A DNA stretch of 64,000 nucleotides from Podarcis erhardii (Eukaryota): assembly GCA_964252035.1 (NCBI GenBank), contig OZ176200.1; one strand, written 5' to 3'. This document shows, piece by piece, positions 59,481 to 64,000 of the stretch. Position 1 is the stretch's first letter. Each line of letters opens with the position of its first letter. The notes beneath the pieces are model-generated. The model was not told the DNA's origin and did not search any database. It was given only the letters and a program-made list of their open reading frames with translations. Position numbers and translations under genes: made by a program.

Positions 59481-62400
59481 GTAGAAAAAGCCATTTCCCC
59501 ACCCCACCCCCTTACACAAAACCAGATCGGCACCTCCCAGACTTCTCTGAATTTCGCGACAGTTTGCCACCATTTCAGTGGCAACAACCTGCTGCATAAT
59601 GGTGGGATGGAAGTTGCCCCGCACGTTGAAGGTTTTGTACCTGCGCAGCTGGGGATGGTTACAAACATGTAGGAAGAAAGCATGATGAATTCTATATTGG
59701 TATGGTACACTGAGCTATAGGCAGGTACAAGTTAGGGAACGCATTGAAGCTTAGAAGAGGCAATAGGTTCTTAGAACTATCCAGATAAATATTTAAAGTG
59801 CTATATTTAAAAAGAAACCCATGTCCACAAACAAAAACAGGTAAGATTGAAAACAAAAGAATACAAATGCACAATGGCTTAAATGCTAACTAGAGATAAC
59901 TGGTGAATAAGGAGGCATGGACCAATTATTTATTTATTAGCTATAAATATTTATGCCCCACCTTTCCGTGAATCATGCCCAAGGCAGCCAAAAGCAGCAG
60001 TAGATACAAAAAATCAATAAAACAATTATGGTTGTATCAGGACGGGATGATGGAGTTAACCAGAAGGCATTACCCACTTTTAAGTGTGTGAGAGATCCAC
60101 ATAAAAACACCCAGACAGAAGTTCCCTTAATTCGAATAAATTTAAAGGAGCTGACACAAAATTACAGTGAAAAAATAGTTTTGAGACCTGACATTCGCCA
60201 TATATTTGGTACCAATATTCGGAAAGGTTTCCATATCCACCTAAAATAAGTTTGTTTCAGTGGCTCTAAAACAGAGGTGGCTGCCCTGTGGCTATCAGGT
60301 GTTATTGGCTTCCATCAGCCTCAGTCATGTGTATTGAGAAAATTAAATTGGATTTTATCTATATAAGCATACAAAGAAAATAAAATTGGTTCCAGAGACT
60401 AATAGACACAGCAAAAATCACTCAGGAATTACTTTCCACAGAGCACTTTTTTTGTTACCATAAGCCTAACTTTGCTTTACTGTATTTACCACAAGGTCTA
60501 AGCACTGAAGATTCAGACTGTCCTTTAACTCCCTCAAAATCTGCACTGGCACAAAATGCAGAACGTATACATTGGATAATAATCCCAAAGTGTCTCAAAA
60601 ATTACCTATTGCAATCCACAGTGGCACTGAGTTATCCCCCAGTCACCATGATAAGATGCCATTAATAAGCCTACTTCCCTATTGCATTGTGGGCTAGTCT
60701 CAGGAGACACAAAGGATAAGAGTTCTGTAGACTAAAAAAATTAAGAAATGGACTCCGTTAGTCTACACACCTTCTGTTAAACCTCTGCAGTCAAACCAAC
60801 TGCAGATGTCTTGGCAGCTGCCCTTCCTCTAGGTTCAACCTGGGTGGTCAAGAAGGGGAATCTTGTTCCATAGCCAGTTTGTGTCTGTCACATGGCCCAG
60901 GCTTTTTCATCACATTGGACAAATGATTGCACTTGTGCTAGCTCCAGTCCAACACTACTATCATGATACCCATCTCCGGTATAACAGCAGGGGCCAAGGA
61001 ATAGCACAGATTGAGAGGGGAAACTGAACTTGTTCTCTTTGCAAAAGGGCCTGAGGAGCTTTGCACTTCATCAATGGACACCAGGAGCACACAAATTTCA
61101 CAGAGCTAAGAAGGGAAATTGGCAGAAAGTTCGTGAAAGAACAGCACATTGCCATGGGCAGGGTGTACTCCATTTCTGGTGTCTTGCATTTTTGTGGCAA
61201 GGGGATTGCAAGACTCAGTAAGTGTTCCCCAGCTGCAATGGTAGAGCAAGAAGGAAGACATTTCTTCAAAGTCTGTGTAAATAAATAAAATCAAAACACT
61301 TTGTGAAATAGCACAGGCATAGACGAAGTGTAGTCATTAGTCATGCTGTTGTGGACACTGTTCAATAGGTGTCCCTGACACTTGCAGAGCCATGAGCCAT
61401 GTTCCACATTCCACACTGCACCCCACCCAGGGACAAAATCCTGCAGTTTGAGAACGCTTGGGAAATTTAACAAAATCAGAAACGGAACTGCTAGTTCTAG
61501 CAAGGACAATCAAAACTTGCTGCAGCAAATCAGCGGCTACTTTGTATTTATTCCCTTAAAAAAAAAAACAAATCCCAAAGACTGACCTGTGAACACATTC
61601 ACATTGCTACTGTGTGTAACAAAAATCGATCCCACTGGAAAATGGATCGTTGATCGTCTTCAGAAATCCCTAGACAGCTGTGCTTAAAGAATGCTGCAAA
61701 TGGATTTTGGCAGAGCAGTGACAAAGGCAGCCTCCTGTGTAGGAGATCTTCAAAAGGTTGGTAATCTTGGAATGGCTGGCTGCAATGCATCAAAGGCCTT
61801 TGATTAATGGCCTTAGATTCTGCATAAGGGGTGGGCAACTTGCCTGCCAACGTGCTGATCCCAACTCCACCTCTGGCAACAATTGAGCTAGTGCCCTTCT
61901 GCAGCTTTGAAGGGGAGCCTGGCTCAGGCAGAGATCTGGGTTGCTGCCCGAGTCTCTCCCCCCCCCCCATTTAATTATTTCCAAGCATTGCTAGTACTGC
62001 TAGTTTGTTAACCAGCTACAGTACAGTACTTGGCAAAGGAGGCCTTGCAACGCTCTCCCCTGCCTATTTATGCAGACTCTGTGACAAATATATAGCAGTG
62101 AGGAATCCAATGTTCTTAACAGAGATCAATGATAATGTGCAGCTTCTGTCTAGCAGCTACCAAAGGTTCTGCAGCATAATGAAGTGGCAAGAGGTGACCA
62201 ATCTAGGTCACCTATTTTATTGTCATGAACCTTTGAGCTGCATGTATTTCTAAAAGATTTGTGGACCTCCCTTTTGGAATTCAGTCCATAGCAAGAGCCT
62301 CTGAAATGTATTCAGCCTGAGCATGCTTCCTCAGGCAGAAATACCACTGAATTCATTGGGGCTTACTCCTAAGCAAAAGCGCATAGGATCACAGTCTTCA

Positions 62401-62654
62401 TATGTTTTTCTCTCTGTTCAAAAATCCTGTTGGATTCTTCCCAAACCCAACTTGTATATTATATATATATGTATAGCAATTTAAGCCTCATGGTTGATTC
62501 TATAATTTATAATTAAGTTTATCCTTCCTTGACTCTGCTGGGCAATACTTCATGGGGACAAAGCAGAGTGGTGCTCAGTCTGGGCACACAGAACAGCAAG
62601 CAATCAACATGGTAAAACCACACCAACATGGTATCCACAGGGGATATGATTTCT

Positions 62655-62944
62655 GAAGAAGAAGAAGAGGAGGGGGAGGAGGAGGGGGAGGAGGAGGAGG
62701 AGGAGGAGTTTGGATTTGATATCCCGCTTTATCACTACCCTAAGGAGTCTCAAAGCAGCCAACAATCTCCTTTCCCTTCCTCCCCAACAACAAACACTCT
62801 GTGAGGTGAGTGGGGCTGAGAGACTTCAAAGAAGTGTGACTGGCCCAAGGTCACCCAGCAACTGCATGTGGAGGAGCGGGGACGTGAACCCGGTTCCCCG
62901 GATTAGGAGACTACCGCTCTTAACCACTACACCACACTGGCTCT
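62655..62944 (-). mobile_element. Squam1-type SINE with expanded (GAA)/(GAG)n tail
   Basis: Nearly identical to 39790-40043; tail 62655-62707. Confidence 0.92.
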
Positions 62945-64000
62945 GAATGCAAACAGAAAGCTAGCACATCCAGGACAAAGGTTCTTGGCCAGCTCCTTCC
63001 CTGCTTTTGTTACACTTGATTAGATCAATGTCATAATTGAATTCAGTTTTCCGCACTGCACCAAGAAGCAGGATCCACCAGAACCACAACATCAGTCTCT
63101 AGTCTCGTAATCTAATCAAGGAATACTCTGAAGCTCTAATATAGATCGTTTGACCTTTCTATAACATAATCAGCTTGCAAAGCAAACCCCATGATAGCTA
63201 TTGTTTTCCCATTGCATAGGAAAGTAACAATTTTTAGTAACCCCTTTATATACATTTTCAATATAGTGGGAAAAGCAGCCTATCGTGAGCCATCAGGACA
63301 AGGTAGGATACGACTTCATAAATGAATGTGGGGAAAGCCTCCTTCAGGTGGCAGTGGTAGCAGCATTTATTGCATGAGAAATACTGGAACATCCTTTTTC
63401 CAGTACTCAGGCTTTTATTGACTCGGAGCGGCTGCCAAACCTATAAATAAATGTTCTCATGCTAAATATAGAAGCTACTGAAACAGGCTGCAGTCTATTT
63501 ATTTAGCTTGGTGCCTCCATGAGAGGCTGCCAATATCCAATCTATCACTGCTTTATCCCCATCGTGCTGTGACCACCCATGGAGGGCAGCAGGCCAAGGC
63601 GCCGCAGTGCATCAGCAGAAGGAGGTTGCATTGCTGAACCTCTGCACATAAACTGACCCCTCAAGGTGCAATCTTCATGAGCCCTTGCCCCGCAACGAGA
63701 GGGGGGCTTTTCCATCTTGTTCAGGGCAGTAATAGGCAATCTGTGACACAGGTGCTTGCTTGTGGCATCTGCATTCCTCCAGCAGTCCTCTATAGGGCAT
63801 TGAGAATTTATTTATTTGTTTAGTTATTGGTTCAAAAAAACCCCTGAGATCCTGCCCTTTGTCCTAAAACCCCATGGTGGGTTACAGCAATGCCTGTCAA
63901 CTTCTTACTAACTCTGATAGAGGCAACCTAGCCTTAATTCTCCCAAATCCTGGCAGCTTCCGTTGCATATTATGGAAATTGCTCCCTAATTATGCAAATA

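Noticed and set aside
53600-64000. Exons of MOB2, the expected downstream neighbour
   Set aside because: No MOB2-like peptide (MDWLMG, KSKAKPNGKKP..) found; the region appears non-coding.
1-64000. tRNA genes, rRNA, CRISPR arrays, operon-like systems
   Set aside because: tRNA-like boxes are all SINE heads; the DNA is vertebrate and shows no repeat-spacer arrays or prokaryotic gene organisation.

Overview
This is vertebrate genomic DNA, almost certainly from a squamate and probably a lacertid lizard (inferred from Sauria/Squam-type SINEs and lizard hAT/Tc1 MITEs). It holds most of one protein-coding gene, DUSP8 (JNK/p38 MAP-kinase phosphatase), on the + strand. Five coding exons splice in frame with canonical GT-AG sites: 11720-11858, 44741-44907, 46470-46629, 47594-47717 and 48553-49666. 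They give 567 aa plus stop and include the HCLAGISRS catalytic motif. The ATG-bearing exon encoding the first half of the rhodanese/docking domain is not visible and should lie upstream of position 1. A long 3' UTR probably ends at an AATAAA cluster near 53.5 kb. The rest is intron or intergenic DNA rich in SINEs, CR1/L2 fragments, MITEs (several with intact target-site duplications) and microsatellites. Nearly all supplied six-frame ORFs are spurious. The best lead is a hidden alternative 5' architecture of DUSP8. (1) An exon inside the 33-kb intron (ATG 30497, donor after 30614) splices in frame to the catalytic exons, predicting a 560-aa isoform without the MAPK-docking domain. (2) More speculatively, a uORF-laden exon (9331-9555) ends in a strong-Kozak ATG that could feed either the catalytic exons or a nested 71-aa single-pass membrane microprotein (10606-10811). 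Candidate RFX, AP-1/ATF and CRE motif clusters and an AmnSINE1 relic are also noted. All of these are sequence-based predictions needing RNA or conservation evidence.
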